Positions 1-12,196 are shown, counted from the stretch's first letter. The stretch is DNA of 64,000 nt from Gemmatimonadota bacterium (GCA_036679605.1 JAZDCZ010000407.1:91417-155416), one strand, 5' to 3'. The notes: generated from the letters alone by a model not told the origin. Program-made: numbers and translations.

Positions 1-2
1 TG

Positions 3-1163
3 GCTCATGGTGACGCCCTGACATTTGACGGGTCGTCCATACAGGGATTCAGCGAACTGGGCGAATCTGATTTACGGTTAGAGTTGGATTGGCCCGCTTT
101 CTATAGGCTGCCTGCGAGCGTGTTTAGGGCTGGCAAGGCGCTTGTGTTCGCCATTGTCCGCAACAGGGACGGATCGCCGTACCCAATGGATTTCAGAGGC
201 AGGCTCGCAGACATGGATTTGGACGGACGCACCGTGTCCGCAGCTATGGAAATAGAGGGGTTCTTGTTCGACGGTGTGAACGCCGAGCAAACGTACTCAG
301 GTGAGTTCTGGCCGTCGTCCTCCAAAGGTTACTGCCATTCGCTCCCCGGGGATTTGTTGCGTCAGTTCATGGATCGCGCGGCCGAGACGCATAGGGCGCT
401 AGGTTTCGAGAACGAGAAGGATCATCCGGAAGTGGCTCCGGCGCAGTTTGAGATGAACTGGTCGCACACTGAGATGGCGATCGCTGCGGATCAAGTGCAG
501 CTTTATAAGCTCGTGTGCCGGCAGGTGGCTAGCCAAATGGGGTGTACAGCGTGCTTCCTGCCCAAGCCAATCGCCGGGGTGAATGGGAGCGGAATGCACA
601 CTAATCTGTCCGTCTCGGACTTGGGTGGAGAGAATCTTTTTCACGATCCATCGGCGGATGACGGACTGAGTGCGCTAGCTGTCTCGTTCGCCGATGGTAT
701 CTTAGCCCGCGCCAATGATATATGTCTGATCCTGAATCCCAGTGTGAACGCGTATAGGCGACTTGATCCGAACTATGAGGCGTCGAATCAGATAAGACGA
801 TCGTCCATCGATCGTGGGGCGATGATACGGGTACCCCTAGCTGAGCCGTCATCGGCTCGCATAGAAGTCAGATCCGTATCACCCGACGCGAACCCGTACA
901 TGCTGCTGTATGCGCTGGTCGGCTGCGGCATTTCGGGAAGCATGCCCCTCCGCGAAGGTAAAATTCTCCATGCCGACATACACTCGGCCATGGATGGATT
1001 CTCGGCGGATGACATTATAGGTGTCGATGAGGCGGCCAAATATGTCGCCCTCAAGAGGGCGACAGCCAGTCGCAGCCCGATGAAATTAGGATCGCGGGTG
1101 AAGGTGTCTGAGGTAATCTTCCACCACGAAGTTACCAATCAGTCCCTGTGGAGCGATTTCTGA
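3..1163 (+). CDS. Glutamine synthetase family protein (5' end outside window)
   Basis: Frame open from position 3 (AHGDALTFDGSSIQGF...); motifs EIEGFL, HPEVAPAQFE, PKPIAGVNGSGMHTN, NAYRRL, RIEVRSVSPDANPY. Confidence 0.9.
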   Translation, partial: AHGDALTFDGSSIQGFSELGESDLRLELDWPAFYRLPASVFRAGKALVFAIVRNRDGSPYPMDFRGRLADMDLDGRTVSAAMEIEGFLFDGVNAEQTYSGEFWPSSSKGYCHSLPGDLLRQFMDRAAETHRALGFENEKDHPEVAPAQFEMNWSHTEMAIAADQVQLYKLVCRQVASQMGCTACFLPKPIAGVNGSGMHTNLSVSDLGGENLFHDPSADDGLSALAVSFADGILARANDICLILNPSVNAYRRLDPNYEASNQIRRSSIDRGAMIRVPLAEPSSARIEVRSVSPDANPYMLLYALVGCGISGSMPLREGKILHADIHSAMDGFSADDIIGVDEAAKYVALKRATASRSPMKLGSRVKVSEVIFHHEVTNQSLWSDF

Positions 1164-1239
1164 TCGAGGAACGCCCTCTAACACTCATATGCGGCATTGC
1201 ATATTGTCTTTCCTCGTGCGGTGTTTCGGAGGATTGTAT

Positions 1240-2013
1240 ATGGTGCATCCGTGGCATGACGCTGATTGGTGGGATATGTACACCCCAGAGCTGGATAAGG
1301 ATCGTACGCGATACGACCGTGCCATCATTGCTATGGCTGGCCTAGCCGATCGTCTGCACACTGCGATCCTTTCCTGCCAGTATACGGATATCAACGGAAT
1401 AATGGACGAATTCTTGCGGGTGCAGGACGAATATGCTGACCTCGGCGCGGCCGACAGTGAGTCGTCTATGGCAATGGCTAAGGTCGTGGAGGAGTCGAAT
1501 CCATCGCTTGACGAGATAGCAGGGAAGGTGCGGTGGTGGGGCATCGTGGACAGGATTGCTAGCGCACTCAAGACCAGCTCGCCATCCATAGACGCTTACC
1601 ACGGAACAGTGTGGAACCTGTTGACAGGTGATTGGTTTGAGAAGTTGGATCCGTTGGAGGCGTGCAGGGCATTGGAATTCAGCGAGGACATGTACACCGC
1701 CCGTGGGCGGTGTTTGGACGCCAGAGATTTCGACAAAGGCGAGGTCGAGGTGGTGTTCCGTGCGAAAATAGAACTAGGCCGCGCTGAGAGGCATGGCGAT
1801 GAGATATGGGTCCTTCGTCCCGACGCGGTATCTGAGACGCAGGCTAGGGCAATCGTTGGTGATGACCAATGGACGGGTTGGATGGATCCGGCCGACCTTT
1901 GGTGCTATCTGCTGAAGCTTAATGGGCTGTTGCCCCAAGGCGACGAGATCGCGATCATTCTGCTGGCAGCCGCAGATAGACTGGGGGATGGGCATGCGAA
2001 TCTTCATACTTGA
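1240..2013 (+). CDS. Hypothetical protein
   Basis: Long ORF, GGAGG upstream of ATG 1240, overlaps next gene. Confidence 0.6.
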   Translation: MVHPWHDADWWDMYTPELDKDRTRYDRAIIAMAGLADRLHTAILSCQYTDINGIMDEFLRVQDEYADLGAADSESSMAMAKVVEESNPSLDEIAGKVRWWGIVDRIASALKTSSPSIDAYHGTVWNLLTGDWFEKLDPLEACRALEFSEDMYTARGRCLDARDFDKGEVEVVFRAKIELGRAERHGDEIWVLRPDAVSETQARAIVGDDQWTGWMDPADLWCYLLKLNGLLPQGDEIAIILLAAADRLGDGHANLHT

Positions 2014-2377
2014 GGATAACAGCCGGCGCGTCGTGAAGTTCAGGCGGGAACTCATCGGCAACATTGTGGATCACGCCGAGACATTGGATGTCGGTCGCAA
2101 GATGATACACGAGAACGAGTATGATCTTATTTTTTTAGATCATGATTTGGGCGGCAAGGAGATGGTCGATTCTGTGGATGAGGACACAGGCTACCACCTC
2201 GCTCTCTTCATAGCCGATGATGACGCAAACAGAGATACGCTGTGCGTCGTCCATTCATGCAACCCAGCCGGAGCTGATAATATCGTTACCATCCTTCCGC
2301 ACGCTGTTAAAGTACCGTTTCCCTCTCTGGATATCGCTGCAGCCGTCCGCTGGGCGGAGGGGAGCGGAAGTGAGTAA
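1994..2377 (+). CDS. Receiver-fold protein, probably cyclic-phosphate-processing (cREC) type
   Basis: IFILEDN...LIFLDHDLGG...VVHSCNPAG; LDHDLG and HSxN motifs recalled from this receiver subfamily. Confidence 0.7.
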   Translation: MRIFILEDNSRRVVKFRRELIGNIVDHAETLDVGRKMIHENEYDLIFLDHDLGGKEMVDSVDEDTGYHLALFIADDDANRDTLCVVHSCNPAGADNIVTILPHAVKVPFPSLDIAAAVRWAEGSGSE

Positions 2378-4268
2378 CGGAAAGCCGGACGGACAACAGC
2401 CTCCACGGATGCCGGCTTTCCGATTCCCAATGTTCCTTTTGCTGATAGTAGGTTTGGCCTTCCTGCTGTCTGGATTACGGCAACCCATAGATGTCAGAGT
2501 GGATATTAATGAGTTTCGCAGCATGGTGGACAGCGGCACTATCTCGGCGATGACTATATCCGGTAACTCCATATCTGGGGAGAGGACGGACGGCTCCCGC
2601 TTCGCGTTGGACTACCCTGTCGGAGCCATTGACTCGGATTTCGTGAAGGAACTCCATGAGAGGGTACCAGACGCTGTCATCATTGTGGAGAAGCCCAGCG
2701 TATGGGTGCAATTGATGGTGATGATGCTCCCATGGTTGCTGATATTCGCCGTCGTCTGGTTTATGTTCCTCCGTCCCGGCGCTAAGACTGGCGGCAGTGG
2801 TCTCATGGGCGGCTTCGGCCGGTCGCGGCATTCCACAATGACTGCGGAGGAGGACACAAATGTCACTTTCGACGATGTTGCTGGGATCGAGGAGGCAAAA
2901 GAGGAGGTCTCGGAGATCGTCGAGTTCCTGAAGTCCCCCAAACGATTCACTAGGTTGGGCGGGCGCGTGCCGCACGGTGTCCTATTAGTTGGTGCCCCTG
3001 GATGTGGTAAAACATTGCTCGCCAAGGCGATTGCTGGTGAGGCGAACGTGCCGTTTTTGTCGGTGACGGGTTCGGATTTTGTTGAAATGTTCGTTGGCGT
3101 CGGTGCATCTCGTGTGAGGAATCTTTTCGAGGAGGCGAGACAGCGCTCGCCGTGCATCATCTTTATAGATGAGATAGACGCTGTCGGCAGGAAACGCGGC
3201 AACTTCTCAGGCGGCCACGATGAGCGTGAGCAGACACTGAATGCCGTGCTGGTGGAGATGGACGGTTTCAAGAATGACGAGGGCGTGATAGTCCTCGCCG
3301 CCACCAATCGCGCCGACATACTTGACCCCGCGCTCGTCAGGCCTGGCAGGTTTGACAGGCAGGTGCATGTTCCGGCACCTGATGTGGATGGCAGGCTCGC
3401 CATACTGGGCATCCATGTCCAGAGTGTGGTGCTGGGTCCCGATGTTGATCTCCGGAGGATGGCGAGGGGTACCCCTATGTTCAGCGGCGCGGACTTGGAG
3501 GCTCTCGTCAATGAGGCGGCGATAGTTGCCACCATGAAAGGCAATGAACATGTGGGGCAGGACGATTTCGAGGAGGCGAGGGACAAGATTAAGTGGGGGA
3601 AGGCTCGAAAGAGCCATGTCGCCACCGACGAGGAGCGGAGGCTCACTGCCTATCACGAGGCCGGACATGCGATCGTCCAAGCTCTGGAGGAGGAGGCTGA
3701 TCCAATACACAAGGTGAGCATCATACCACGCGGTCCGTTCGGCGGCGCAACATTTTCCCTGCCTGAGAGGGACAGGACATACTACACGAAAAGGCATGCC
3801 CTCGCCATGTTGCGGGTCATGCTGGGCGGCAGGGTTGCGGAGGAGGAGTTCCTCGGTGACATCAGCAGCGGGGCGTCGTCTGACATATGTCAGGCCACAG
3901 CACTCGCTCGGCGGATGGTGGAGGAGTGGGGTATGGACGACGAAATAGGATTTGTCCACCATGGGACGGACGGTGAAATGTGGTCGGTTAGGCCATCGCC
4001 GGACACCGCACGCAGGATCGAGGAGCAGATCAAGAGGCTCGTTGATGTGGCGAAGGACGGCGCGAGGCAGACAATCAAGGATGCCCTAGACAAGTGTGAG
4101 GAGATCGCGAAGGCACTACTCGAGTATGAGACCATAACGGGTGATGAGGTCACAGGACTCGTCGAGGGCAGGCCGATTGACAGGCCGGAGCCACCTTTGC
4201 CGACCACCGTCCCACCACTTTGCGACCGCAGTGTGGTGGACGATCTGCTTGATGGAGCCAACGGATAG
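2370..4268 (+). CDS. ftsH: ATP-dependent zinc metalloprotease FtsH
   Basis: Two TM segments, Walker A GAPGCGKT, Walker [23 protein letters not shown] zinc motif; GTG start estimated. Confidence 0.95.
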   Translation: MSNGKPDGQQPPRMPAFRFPMFLLLIVGLAFLLSGLRQPIDVRVDINEFRSMVDSGTISAMTISGNSISGERTDGSRFALDYPVGAIDSDFVKELHERVPDAVIIVEKPSVWVQLMVMMLPWLLIFAVVWFMFLRPGAKTGGSGLMGGFGRSRHSTMTAEEDTNVTFDDVAGIEEAKEEVSEIVEFLKSPKRFTRLGGRVPHGVLLVGAPGCGKTLLAKAIAGEANVPFLSVTGSDFVEMFVGVGASRVRNLFEEARQRSPCIIFIDEIDAVGRKRGNFSGGHDEREQTLNAVLVEMDGFKNDEGVIVLAATNRADILDPALVRPGRFDRQVHVPAPDVDGRLAILGIHVQSVVLGPDVDLRRMARGTPMFSGADLEALVNEAAIVATMKGNEHVGQDDFEEARDKIKWGKARKSHVATDEERRLTAYHEAGHAIVQALEEEADPIHKVSIIPRGPFGGATFSLPERDRTYYTKRHALAMLRVMLGGRVAEEEFLGDISSGASSDICQATALARRMVEEWGMDDEIGFVHHGTDGEMWSVRPSPDTARRIEEQIKRLVDVAKDGARQTIKDALDKCEEIAKALLEYETITGDEVTGLVEGRPIDRPEPPLPTTVPPLCDRSVVDDLLDGANG

Positions 4269-4290
4269 ACTGTTTCAGGAGGATGAGATC

Positions 4291-4515
4291 ATGAGGAAGC
4301 CGGAGAAGCCGGGCGCGGCAGGGCAGAAGGCCGCAGTGAACATCATGAGGCAGCGCGCGAAGGCGGAGGAGCGTCGTGGTGTATCTGAGAACGCCGTGCG
4401 GGAGACGATGGATGAGTTTGAGGAGAGGCGGAAGGCAAAGGAGGCCATCGAGGCCGACGACGCGTCGAGCGGCACATCAGGTGGCGGGCGAGATGGCTTT
4501 GGCTTGGATATCTGA
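4291..4515 (+). CDS. Small charged hypothetical protein
   Basis: GGAGG RBS, follows ftsH. Confidence 0.45.
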   Translation: MRKPEKPGAAGQKAAVNIMRQRAKAEERRGVSENAVRETMDEFEERRKAKEAIEADDASSGTSGGGRDGFGLDI

Positions 4516-4758
4516 TAAAGTTTCCGGCATATCCGGTGATTGGAAGATGTTTGCGAAATCCAATGGAGGGAACACTTGATGGCAACACCACTGGAAACCC
4601 GAAAATCGGAATGCGCCGCACGGCTACGGGACACGCTGGACAGGAACAGAAAAGTCTGTCGAGAGCTCAAGGAGGCGGTGGAGAATTGCATCGCCAAAGC
4701 GACTGACCCAGAGGTGTCAGAGGATACGCAGCCGTCGGATTAGGTCACGGAGGATCGT

Positions 4759-4995
4759 ATGCGCAATGCAAACCGAGAGGCAGACAGAATAGTGATGGCG
4801 GCGTTGACATCCGCTGACTTGTTGGAGAGGGCAAAGGGTGCCATCGAGGCTGGTGAGGGTTTCGTCTACGACATCGCCGCTGAATATGGCCAAATGGTGG
4901 ACAATGTGGGTCACATGGGATGGTTCGTCGAGGCGGTGGCGAATTGGCTGATAGACAACACGCGTAGGTGGTCTCGGCTTCCACATTTTGGTTAG
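4759..4995 (+). CDS. Small hypothetical protein
   Basis: GGAGG RBS before ATG. Confidence 0.5.
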   Translation: MRNANREADRIVMAALTSADLLERAKGAIEAGEGFVYDIAAEYGQMVDNVGHMGWFVEAVANWLIDNTRRWSRLPHFG

Positions 4996-5064
4996 CCGTC
5001 AGCAGCAGGTGTATAGTGGAACTGACGCGACGCTTTGGCGCCGCGTTTTTTTGGAGGATGATGG

Positions 5065-5679
5065 ATGCCGAAGTCCGAGAACATTGCCGCAGATATTATC
5101 GAGCAGACTGAGGGTGAGCAGGTGGTCGAAGAGCAGCGCCCGACGACTACGCCTGGCATGCAATGGTGCATTATACGAGCCACCACCAACATGGAGAACA
5201 GGGTGATGAAGTCGCTGGCTAGTGGCAGGATACCCGGCATCGGGCGGGTTTTGGTGCCGACTGTGGCCGAACGGCGTGCGAAGGGCGGCGAGAGCATAGT
5301 GGTGGAGAGGCGGCTGTACCCTGGCTATGTGTGGGCGGAGATTGTCCTAGAGGACGGTTTGGTGCCGGACGATGTGTGGTACGCGATAGGCGGCGTCACT
5401 GGGTGTATCGGCGTGTTGGGGGATAGAAAACCCTCGCATGTGTCGGAGGAGGAGGCCATCGCCATGTTGGAGGTTGCGTATCAGAAGGAGAAGCGGATCA
5501 AGGGTCCGGATTTCGCTCTTGGCGATATGGTGGCTGTCCGGGACGGCAGCTTTGAGGGTCATGAGGGGGTTGTGGAGAAGATCGATGAGAGGAAGTGCAT
5601 GGCCACTGTGGACATCGTGATATTCGGGCGATCCACCCCAGTGGATATCGAAATTTGGGCGTTGGAGAAGACCGTCTGA
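5065..5679 (+). CDS. nusG: Transcription termination/antitermination factor, NusG family
   Basis: NGN domain (RLYPGYVW) plus KOW domain (GDMVAVRDGSFEGHEGVV...IFGRSTPV). Confidence 0.9.
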   Translation: MPKSENIAADIIEQTEGEQVVEEQRPTTTPGMQWCIIRATTNMENRVMKSLASGRIPGIGRVLVPTVAERRAKGGESIVVERRLYPGYVWAEIVLEDGLVPDDVWYAIGGVTGCIGVLGDRKPSHVSEEEAIAMLEVAYQKEKRIKGPDFALGDMVAVRDGSFEGHEGVVEKIDERKCMATVDIVIFGRSTPVDIEIWALEKTV

Positions 5680-5757
5680 GGTTTAGGATGATAATTAGCA
5701 GTTAAGGAACTGATTGATATCAGGAGAAAATTGATGTAGCAGCGGAAAAAAGTCCTT

Positions 5758-6051
5758 ATGAAATCAGTACTCAAACTTCTGACTGGTATCTTTGGAGTAT
5801 CGTTCGCTATATTCAGGCGGAGGGTGGCACCATGCCATCCACCCGAACCTGTCAGGGAACCCCTCCCGATAACAGCCGTTGACAGCATTGCCCTCTGCCA
5901 CGTGCCGGAACATTGGCCACCCCACTATAATGTCAACATGGAGCCGTGCGACATGACGGATGGCCCGTGTTGCTGTGGTGCGTGGCACGACCATGGTGAG
6001 GACTGGGTTCGGAATGGGGTTGCTCGGTTCGGGGTTCGACCTACCGTATAA
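5758..6051 (+). CDS. Hypothetical protein with Cys/His-rich C-terminus
   Basis: ORF with CDMTDGPCCCGAWH motif. Confidence 0.45.
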   Translation: MKSVLKLLTGIFGVSFAIFRRRVAPCHPPEPVREPLPITAVDSIALCHVPEHWPPHYNVNMEPCDMTDGPCCCGAWHDHGEDWVRNGVARFGVRPTV

Positions 6052-6299
6052 TCCGGTGTTTAGATGTCCGGTAGCGCTACTCTCGAATCACGCAGGCGTT
6101 TGTCTAGCTCCGCTCCCGCATAGGGCGAGCATTCCGATAAGTATCTCCCGATTGTGATAAGCCAGTATGTTTCATAATTTTTCGTGGGAGAGCCGCCCGG
6201 AGGGCGGCTCTCTGTGCGACACATTCCGTAGGCGGATTCCTTTTGCTGATATTAATGAGCAGACGGTCGGTAGTCGACCGCATATTAAAGGAGACGGAT

Positions 6300-6500
6300 A
6301 TGAGAGCGATCAGGAATCTTCTATGTTTGTCGGTGTTAGCTGCAGCCATTTTGTTTGCAGGTGGGTGCGTTCTGGACGATGTTGTCGTGGATATTATCGT
6401 ACCTGGATATGGCGGAGATATCTATTCGGACTATAATGGCGGCTGCTACTGCGATGATTTTTCCGACGATTTTTCTTTCGATTTCTACTCGGATTTCTAG
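6300..6500 (+). CDS. Small putative lipoprotein
   Basis: AAGGAG RBS, hydrophobic signal ending AGGC, acidic tail. Confidence 0.5.
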   Translation: MRAIRNLLCLSVLAAAILFAGGCVLDDVVVDIIVPGYGGDIYSDYNGGCYCDDFSDDFSFDFYSDF

Positions 6501-6585
6501 GTTATACGGATGAAACTCCGTAGGCAGAACCACATCTGGCTTAGTATGTTTGTAAGGAAACGGAAACCAAAACAGGAGAACGAAA

Positions 6586-7314
6586 ATGGCGACTACCACG
6601 AAAACCACGAAAAAGACCACCGCGAAGAAGTCCACGACCGCGAAAAAGACCGCCAAGATCACCGAGCGACCCAAAGTTGCCCCGGCAGTCGATCCATTCG
6701 CCCCCGCCCCAGTGTCCGCTACGAAGAAAACTCCTGCTGGCGACAACATCAATAATGCCCCGTCGGACGACGCGGAGCTGGGCAATATCTCAGCCGACAT
6801 TGCCAGCTTCGCAGAGGCCAAAGCCGAGTGGAAGGCAGCCGAGGCTCGCTGGAAAGCCCTATCTGGCACCGTGCTGTCCTATTCTAAACGCATTTTGCTT
6901 GCCTTGATGGTCAAGAACCAGTCTAAGGCACCGAGCCAAAAGCTGGTCGGCGATAAAAATGCCATCGTGACTACCTTCTACGCGGACAAAGTCCTCAGTA
7001 TGGAAGGCAAGAACTCCGGACGGTACGAAACCCTATGCGACATGTTCGATAAGGAAACTGTCGATACGGAGATCGTGGAGTTCACTGGATGGACCATCCC
7101 CAACGAGAAGATGGCAGACAAGAAGCTCGTTGAAAAGATGAAGGCGGCTCTCCAAGACGCGCTGACAGGCGATGAACTCGATGGACTGTTTGTCCCGTCA
7201 CACAAGAGTCGAAAGGGCGTCGTGGATAAGGCCGCACAGTTGTGCGACAATGACACCGAGAAGATGGACATTCTTCTGCAGCTCACCGTCCCGTCGCCGA
7301 CATTGAAAGGCTAA
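6586..7314 (+). CDS. Hypothetical protein with Lys/Thr/Ala-rich histone-H1-like N-terminus
   Basis: AGGAG RBS; MATTTKTTKKTTAKK...; followed by terminator. Confidence 0.7.
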   Translation: MATTTKTTKKTTAKKSTTAKKTAKITERPKVAPAVDPFAPAPVSATKKTPAGDNINNAPSDDAELGNISADIASFAEAKAEWKAAEARWKALSGTVLSYSKRILLALMVKNQSKAPSQKLVGDKNAIVTTFYADKVLSMEGKNSGRYETLCDMFDKETVDTEIVEFTGWTIPNEKMADKKLVEKMKAALQDALTGDELDGLFVPSHKSRKGVVDKAAQLCDNDTEKMDILLQLTVPSPTLKG

Positions 7315-7330
7315 TTCGATGCTATCCTTC

Positions 7331-7356
7331 AGAGCCACCTTCGGGTGGCTCTTTTT
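7331..7356 (+). terminator. Intrinsic terminator
   Basis: AGAGCCACC-TTCG-GGTGGCTCT followed by T run. Confidence 0.8.
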
Positions 7357-7427
7357 AATTAGTCAATTTTGGCGTGGAATCGGCTTTTTTGCGCGTTGTA
7401 TTGTGTTAAGCCCCATCTCTATTTCCG

Positions 7428-10400
7428 ATGTCTTTGCGCAGATATGTTTTCGTGAAACGGATACTCTTCCGTTGGATTAAGCTCCCTGGCGGCGCTGATC
7501 GTGTGATGCGCGTGGGTGAATACATTGATTTCGATTTTGAGACGGAGAGAGGCCATTATGTTGAGGGTACGCTCAGCAGCCCGTTGGGCGGCACATCCTT
7601 CCGGATCGTCGCCCGCGAGTTTTTAGGGCTTCTGGATGACCGCAATGGTTCGCATGTTTTGGAGGAGGTAGGCCTTGCCTGTGATCTGGCATGTGGTGGC
7701 AGCGGGGGGGGTATTGTAGGCTCAACTGGAGCCACTGGAGCCACTGGTATTGGAGTCACAGGCCCCACTGGGCCTCTTGGCGGTCCTTTAGGTCCGACTG
7801 GCCCGACAGGTCCGGCAGGAGCGCCAACCGGAGCGACAGGGGTTGGTATAACGGGTCCAACTGGTCCAACAGGCATTGTTGGTCCAACAGGCTTTGGTTC
7901 AGCAGGACCAACTGGATCAACTGGAACGATGGGATTCATCGGACCCACAGGCCCCACTGGGCCTCTCGGTGGCCCTCTAGGTCCGACTGGCCCGACAGGT
8001 GCGGTGGGTCCAGCAGGAGCGCCAACCGGAGCAACAGGGGTCACAGGAAACACTGGCAACACTGGTGCGATAGGTCCGACAGGCGTCGGACTGTTGGGTC
8101 CAACAGGTGTGGGTGCAGCAGGCTCGACAGGAGCTACTGGTCCCATTGGGCCAGCCGGTGCGCCGACAGGAGTCACTGGGGCGACAGGCACAGCGGGTCC
8201 AGCCGGAGGCACGGGTTCCATGGGTTTGCCAGGACCTGTAGGCAGCACTGGTGCCACTGGTATTGGATTTACTGGTGCTACTGGCTCAATTGGTCCAGCC
8301 GGTGGTTCCACAGGACCAACTGGGGCTACTGGATCCGTTGGTCCGGCAGGCGCGCCCACTGGGGCCACCGGAGCCACTGGCGTGACAGGTGCAGGAGCCA
8401 CTGGCCCTACTGGCCCGGCTGGCGCTCCCACAGGAGCGACAGGCATCACGGGTTCGACAGGGTTGGTAGGCACTACTGGGCCGACCGGCGTAGGTCTGGT
8501 CGGCAGCATGGGATTCACAGGTAGCACGGGCTCCACAGGCAGCGCAGGTCTTATTGGAGCTGCAGGCAGCACTGGCACTACTGGTATTGGTATGCCGGGT
8601 TTTACAGGTGCTACAGGCGCGACTGGTCCAGCCGGAGGTCCCATTGGCCCGACGGGGGTTACAGGTCCAATCGGGCCAGCAGGTGCGCCGACCGGAGCCA
8701 CTGGCTCGACAGGTGCCACAGGTATGGGTGCGACTGGTCCAATAGGTCCGGCAGGAGCACCGACCGGAGCAACAGGTGGTACTGGAAGCACGGGTTTGAC
8801 AGGTATTGGTCTGCCAGGACCGACAGGCGCGACCGGATCGGGTTCCACAGGAGCCACAGGAGCCACAGGTCCTGCTGGTGCACCAACTGGAGCCACGGGT
8901 TCCACGGGTGGTACAGGCTTGGCGGGTGTGACTGGATTGGTTGGCAACACAGGATCTGCTGGAGCGACAGGCGCTGCTGGTCCGGCTGGTCCGACTGGTT
9001 TCACAGGCGGCGCTGGCATCACTGGATTGCAGGGTGCTACAGGCCTGATAGGTACCACGGGTTCGACTGGTACCACAGGTTTGACTGGCGCAGCCGGCGA
9101 GTGGTTCAGTGGGGTGGGCGTGCCGTCGCCTGGTCTTGGCAAGATCGGCGATTTTTACATCGACAGCATTACGGGTGACTACTTCGAGAAGACTGGGATT
9201 ACCACTTGGGCATTCCGTGGGAATTTGAAAGGTTCAGGTGGAGGTACAGGTTCGACAGGTTCGTCGGGCGTCGTTGGTGCCACTGGAGCCGGAGCCACAG
9301 GTTCCACAGGGTCCACAGGACCCGCTGGCCCAGCAGGCGCGCCAACTGGTTCTACGGGTTCTACTGGTATCGTGGGTGCCACAGGCGCAACAGGACCGGC
9401 TGGAGCCTCTACAGGAGCGACTGGCGGTATCGGGGCAACAGGCACCATTGGAGCCACTGGGATTGTTGGTCCAACAGGTGCTGGTGCGACAGGCGCGACT
9501 GGCCAAGGTTCCACTGGCTCCACTGGAGCAAAAGGAAGCACGGGTAACACTGGATCGGCAGGTGCTACTGGATTTGGGTCCACCGGAGCCACTGGAAATC
9601 CCGGGACAACAGGGGCAACCGGATCCACGGGTTCTGGATTAACAGGAGCCACAGGCGCTGGTGTAACTGGTGCCACTGGTGCCACTGGTTCGACTGGTTC
9701 AGGAACCACGGGGGTCACAGGTGCGACAGGTGTCACCGGACCTGCTGGTGCACCAACAGGATCGACGGGTGCCACCGGACCTGCAGGTATTGCAGGTCCT
9801 GCGGGCGCACCGACTGGCGCGACAGGTTTATCAGGCCCTGCGGGTCCGAGCGGAATCACAGGTCCTACCGGCCCGACTGGCATCTTTGGAGCAACTGGTC
9901 CGACAGGTTCGTTTGGATCCACTGGATCCACTGGATTTGGCGGTAGCACAGGTTCCACGGGTTCTGCGGGTTCGACAGGAACTATCGGTGGAACTGGTTT
10001 AACTGGTTCAACTGGTGCGGATGGTAGTGAATGGTTCACAGGTGTTGGTGTACCGTCACCCGGACTGGGTGTCGTCGGTGACTTTTACCTTGACGGTTTT
10101 GCGGGCGATTATTTTGAGAAGACCGGAACAGGCGTTTGGACTTTCCGCGGAAATTTGAAGGGGCCGACCGGACCTATTGGCCCTCTTGGCGCGACTGGAG
10201 TTGGAGTGACTGGTTCCGTTGGTCCCACAGGCCCACTCGGCGGACCATCGGGTGCGACTGGCTTGGTTGGTCCTACTGGCGCAACAGGTCCAGCAGGAGC
10301 GCCGACAGGAGCTACTGGAGTAACTGGCTCGCTCGGTCCGACTGGTGCAACAGGTGCTGGTATCACTGGCCCAACTGGGTTAGGTGTCACAGGCACGGCA

Positions 10401-11162
10401 GGAGCTACAGGTACGACTGGTCCTGTCGGACCCGCTGGGGCTCCCACTGGTCCAACTGGGCCTGCTGGACCACCTGGCATAGCTGGACCGGCTGGCGCGT
10501 CTACTGGTGCGACCGGATCGACAGGTCAAACTGGTCCAACTGGTTCCACTGGCATGTCTGGCTCAAAGTGGTTTGACGGCATCGCCGCGCCGACGGGCGG
10601 GCTGGGCAATGTGGGAGATTTTTACCTCAATGATACGACTGGGGAGTATTTCGAGAAGAGCGGCACGACCATCTGGACATTGAAGGGTAACCTTACCGGC
10701 CCTCTCGGTGCAACTGGCGCGACTGGCTCACTGGGTCCGATTGGATCCACTGGATCCACTGGATCCACTGGGGTGGCTGGTCCCAACATAAGCGGCCCAT
10801 ACCAAGGCGATCTCCGCGACGACGAGAAACCTTGGATAAGGATCAAGAACTTGGATTATACTCTTATCGCGACATTCCGGTTCGCTGGGACGGGTGAATG
10901 GACTCCTGCGGCTTTTAGGGCGGTTCTGCAGGCCAAAACCACTCCGGTCGCGGGGCAGAGACACCAAGTGCGTCTTTGGGATTTGACGCATGGTGTCCCA
11001 ATTGCGACATTGGACGAGCTGCTGACGGAGGATAAGGTGATATATTCCACTGTTTCGTTGGCAAATCTTCCCGCAGTCGAAGCTATATTTGAGGTGCAGG
11101 TTAAGAGGTCATCCACCTCCACGCCGGAGGGAAGGATTTCGTATGTGATGCTCGACCTTTAG
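7428..11162 (+). CDS. Collagen-like (Gly-X-Y) fibre protein, probably virion or surface associated
   Basis: About 1000 aa of GxT/GPx triplets interrupted by three WFxG...LGxxGDFY(I/L)xxxxG(D/E)YFEK modules; globular C-terminal domain. Confidence 0.85.
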   Translation: MSLRRYVFVKRILFRWIKLPGGADRVMRVGEYIDFDFETERGHYVEGTLSSPLGGTSFRIVAREFLGLLDDRNGSHVLEEVGLACDLACGGSGGGIVGSTGATGATGIGVTGPTGPLGGPLGPTGPTGPAGAPTGATGVGITGPTGPTGIVGPTGFGSAGPTGSTGTMGFIGPTGPTGPLGGPLGPTGPTGAVGPAGAPTGATGVTGNTGNTGAIGPTGVGLLGPTGVGAAGSTGATGPIGPAGAPTGVTGATGTAGPAGGTGSMGLPGPVGSTGATGIGFTGATGSIGPAGGSTGPTGATGSVGPAGAPTGATGATGVTGAGATGPTGPAGAPTGATGITGSTGLVGTTGPTGVGLVGSMGFTGSTGSTGSAGLIGAAGSTGTTGIGMPGFTGATGATGPAGGPIGPTGVTGPIGPAGAPTGATGSTGATGMGATGPIGPAGAPTGATGGTGSTGLTGIGLPGPTGATGSGSTGATGATGPAGAPTGATGSTGGTGLAGVTGLVGNTGSAGATGAAGPAGPTGFTGGAGITGLQGATGLIGTTGSTGTTGLTGAAGEWFSGVGVPSPGLGKIGDFYIDSITGDYFEKTGITTWAFRGNLKGSGGGTGSTGSSGVVGATGAGATGSTGSTGPAGPAGAPTGSTGSTGIVGATGATGPAGASTGATGGIGATGTIGATGIVGPTGAGATGATGQGSTGSTGAKGSTGNTGSAGATGFGSTGATGNPGTTGATGSTGSGLTGATGAGVTGATGATGSTGSGTTGVTGATGVTGPAGAPTGSTGATGPAGIAGPAGAPTGATGLSGPAGPSGITGPTGPTGIFGATGPTGSFGSTGSTGFGGSTGSTGSAGSTGTIGGTGLTGSTGADGSEWFTGVGVPSPGLGVVGDFYLDGFAGDYFEKTGTGVWTFRGNLKGPTGPIGPLGATGVGVTGSVGPTGPLGGPSGATGLVGPTGATGPAGAPTGATGVTGSLGPTGATGAGITGPTGLGVTGTAGATGTTGPVGPAGAPTGPTGPAGPPGIAGPAGASTGATGSTGQTGPTGSTGMSGSKWFDGIAAPTGGLGNVGDFYLNDTTGEYFEKSGTTIWTLKGNLTGPLGATGATGSLGPIGSTGSTGSTGVAGPNISGPYQGDLRDDEKPWIRIKNLDYTLIATFRFAGTGEWTPAAFRAVLQAKTTPVAGQRHQVRLWDLTHGVPIATLDELLTEDKVIYSTVSLANLPAVEAIFEVQVKRSSTSTPEGRISYVMLDL

Positions 11163-11176
11163 GTCGGAGGTGTTTT

Positions 11177-12196
11177 ATGGCGATATTTTTCATCTGGAGG
11201 GTCTGGTGCAACACGGAGGGCGCATACCATCGCGTGGTCTCCTCTTTGGCACCTACACAGTGTCCAGTCGATCCGGCAGACACCATCGATCCCACGAGAA
11301 GCGTCATCCTAGAGGAACTCGGGGCCGGCGGCGGCGGCACATCCGTTGAGGTGAGTCTTGTCACGGACAAGGAAACCCCGTTCGTGAGAATACACGAGTC
11401 GTCATGGACGACTTTGGGTGAGATATTCTATCCTGGTACGGATGTGTGGACACCAAGTGTGGCGAGAGTCATTATGGGCAGGGAAGGTTCTGGGTCGGAG
11501 ACGGGTGACTTCTGCGCTGGCGGTGGCGTGAAGCCTGCGTCGCTCATGCTGGAGTACACTGGCGAGGGTTGTTTGGCGAGTGCCAACTCGCAGCCCTCTG
11601 ACAAGTGGAGTTGTGCGGGCGACCCAGCCATGGCTTCGTCTGTGCGCATAGTGGTGAATAACAAGTCCATATGGAACCAAAGTCAGGCGAAAGTGTGGCA
11701 CGATGCCGTTGTCCCACTAAACGGACTTTTCCTAGCTGCGGCATCCAATGCTGGAGAGAGCAAACTGAAGGGGAGTACATGGGTGCATATATTGTCCTCC
11801 CCTGGCGACTCAGTGCTACAGACGGTTAATTTTCACACATCCTGTTCGCAGCCTTTGTTCGCCAATGATCAGTTCGGGAGCGTGATTGTTAGGAGCTTCG
11901 TCGCGGAGCAGAATAGCGGCGGCTCGGGCGGTGACAGCACGGGACCTGGAACAAATGGCCCAGCGAGTCGCTATCGTTTCAGGTTATTTGATCTTATGAA
12001 TGGGAATATATTGGCACAGATACCCGATGACGGCGGCGAAATCACACTGAATGTGCTGGAGGAAATTTTCGAGGCTAGACAGTTCACAAATCTGCCGATG
12101 ACGCAGACAATCATAGAGATACAGGCGCACAAGAATGCAGTTGTGGCAAGTGGGGACGATGATGGAAGACTATTCCATGTCGCTCTGCAGGAGTAG
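11177..12196 (+). CDS. Putative structural protein sharing the collagen protein's C-terminal domain
   Basis: GGAGG RBS; RVWCNTE..CP..PAD.IDP N-terminus; RLFDLMNG/NLP/IEIQ segments match the collagen protein C-terminus. Confidence 0.65.
   Translation: MAIFFIWRVWCNTEGAYHRVVSSLAPTQCPVDPADTIDPTRSVILEELGAGGGGTSVEVSLVTDKETPFVRIHESSWTTLGEIFYPGTDVWTPSVARVIMGREGSGSETGDFCAGGGVKPASLMLEYTGEGCLASANSQPSDKWSCAGDPAMASSVRIVVNNKSIWNQSQAKVWHDAVVPLNGLFLAAASNAGESKLKGSTWVHILSSPGDSVLQTVNFHTSCSQPLFANDQFGSVIVRSFVAEQNSGGSGGDSTGPGTNGPASRYRFRLFDLMNGNILAQIPDDGGEITLNVLEEIFEARQFTNLPMTQTIIEIQAHKNAVVASGDDDGRLFHVALQE

Noticed and set aside
6188..6212. Perfect hairpin GAGAGCCGCCC/GGGCGGCTCTC as an ncRNA
   Set aside because: Single hairpin with no second copy or other support; probably a terminator or processing signal.
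7556..10480. Long minus-strand Pro/Val-rich ORFs
   Set aside because: Antisense shadows of the Gly-X-Y collagen gene.
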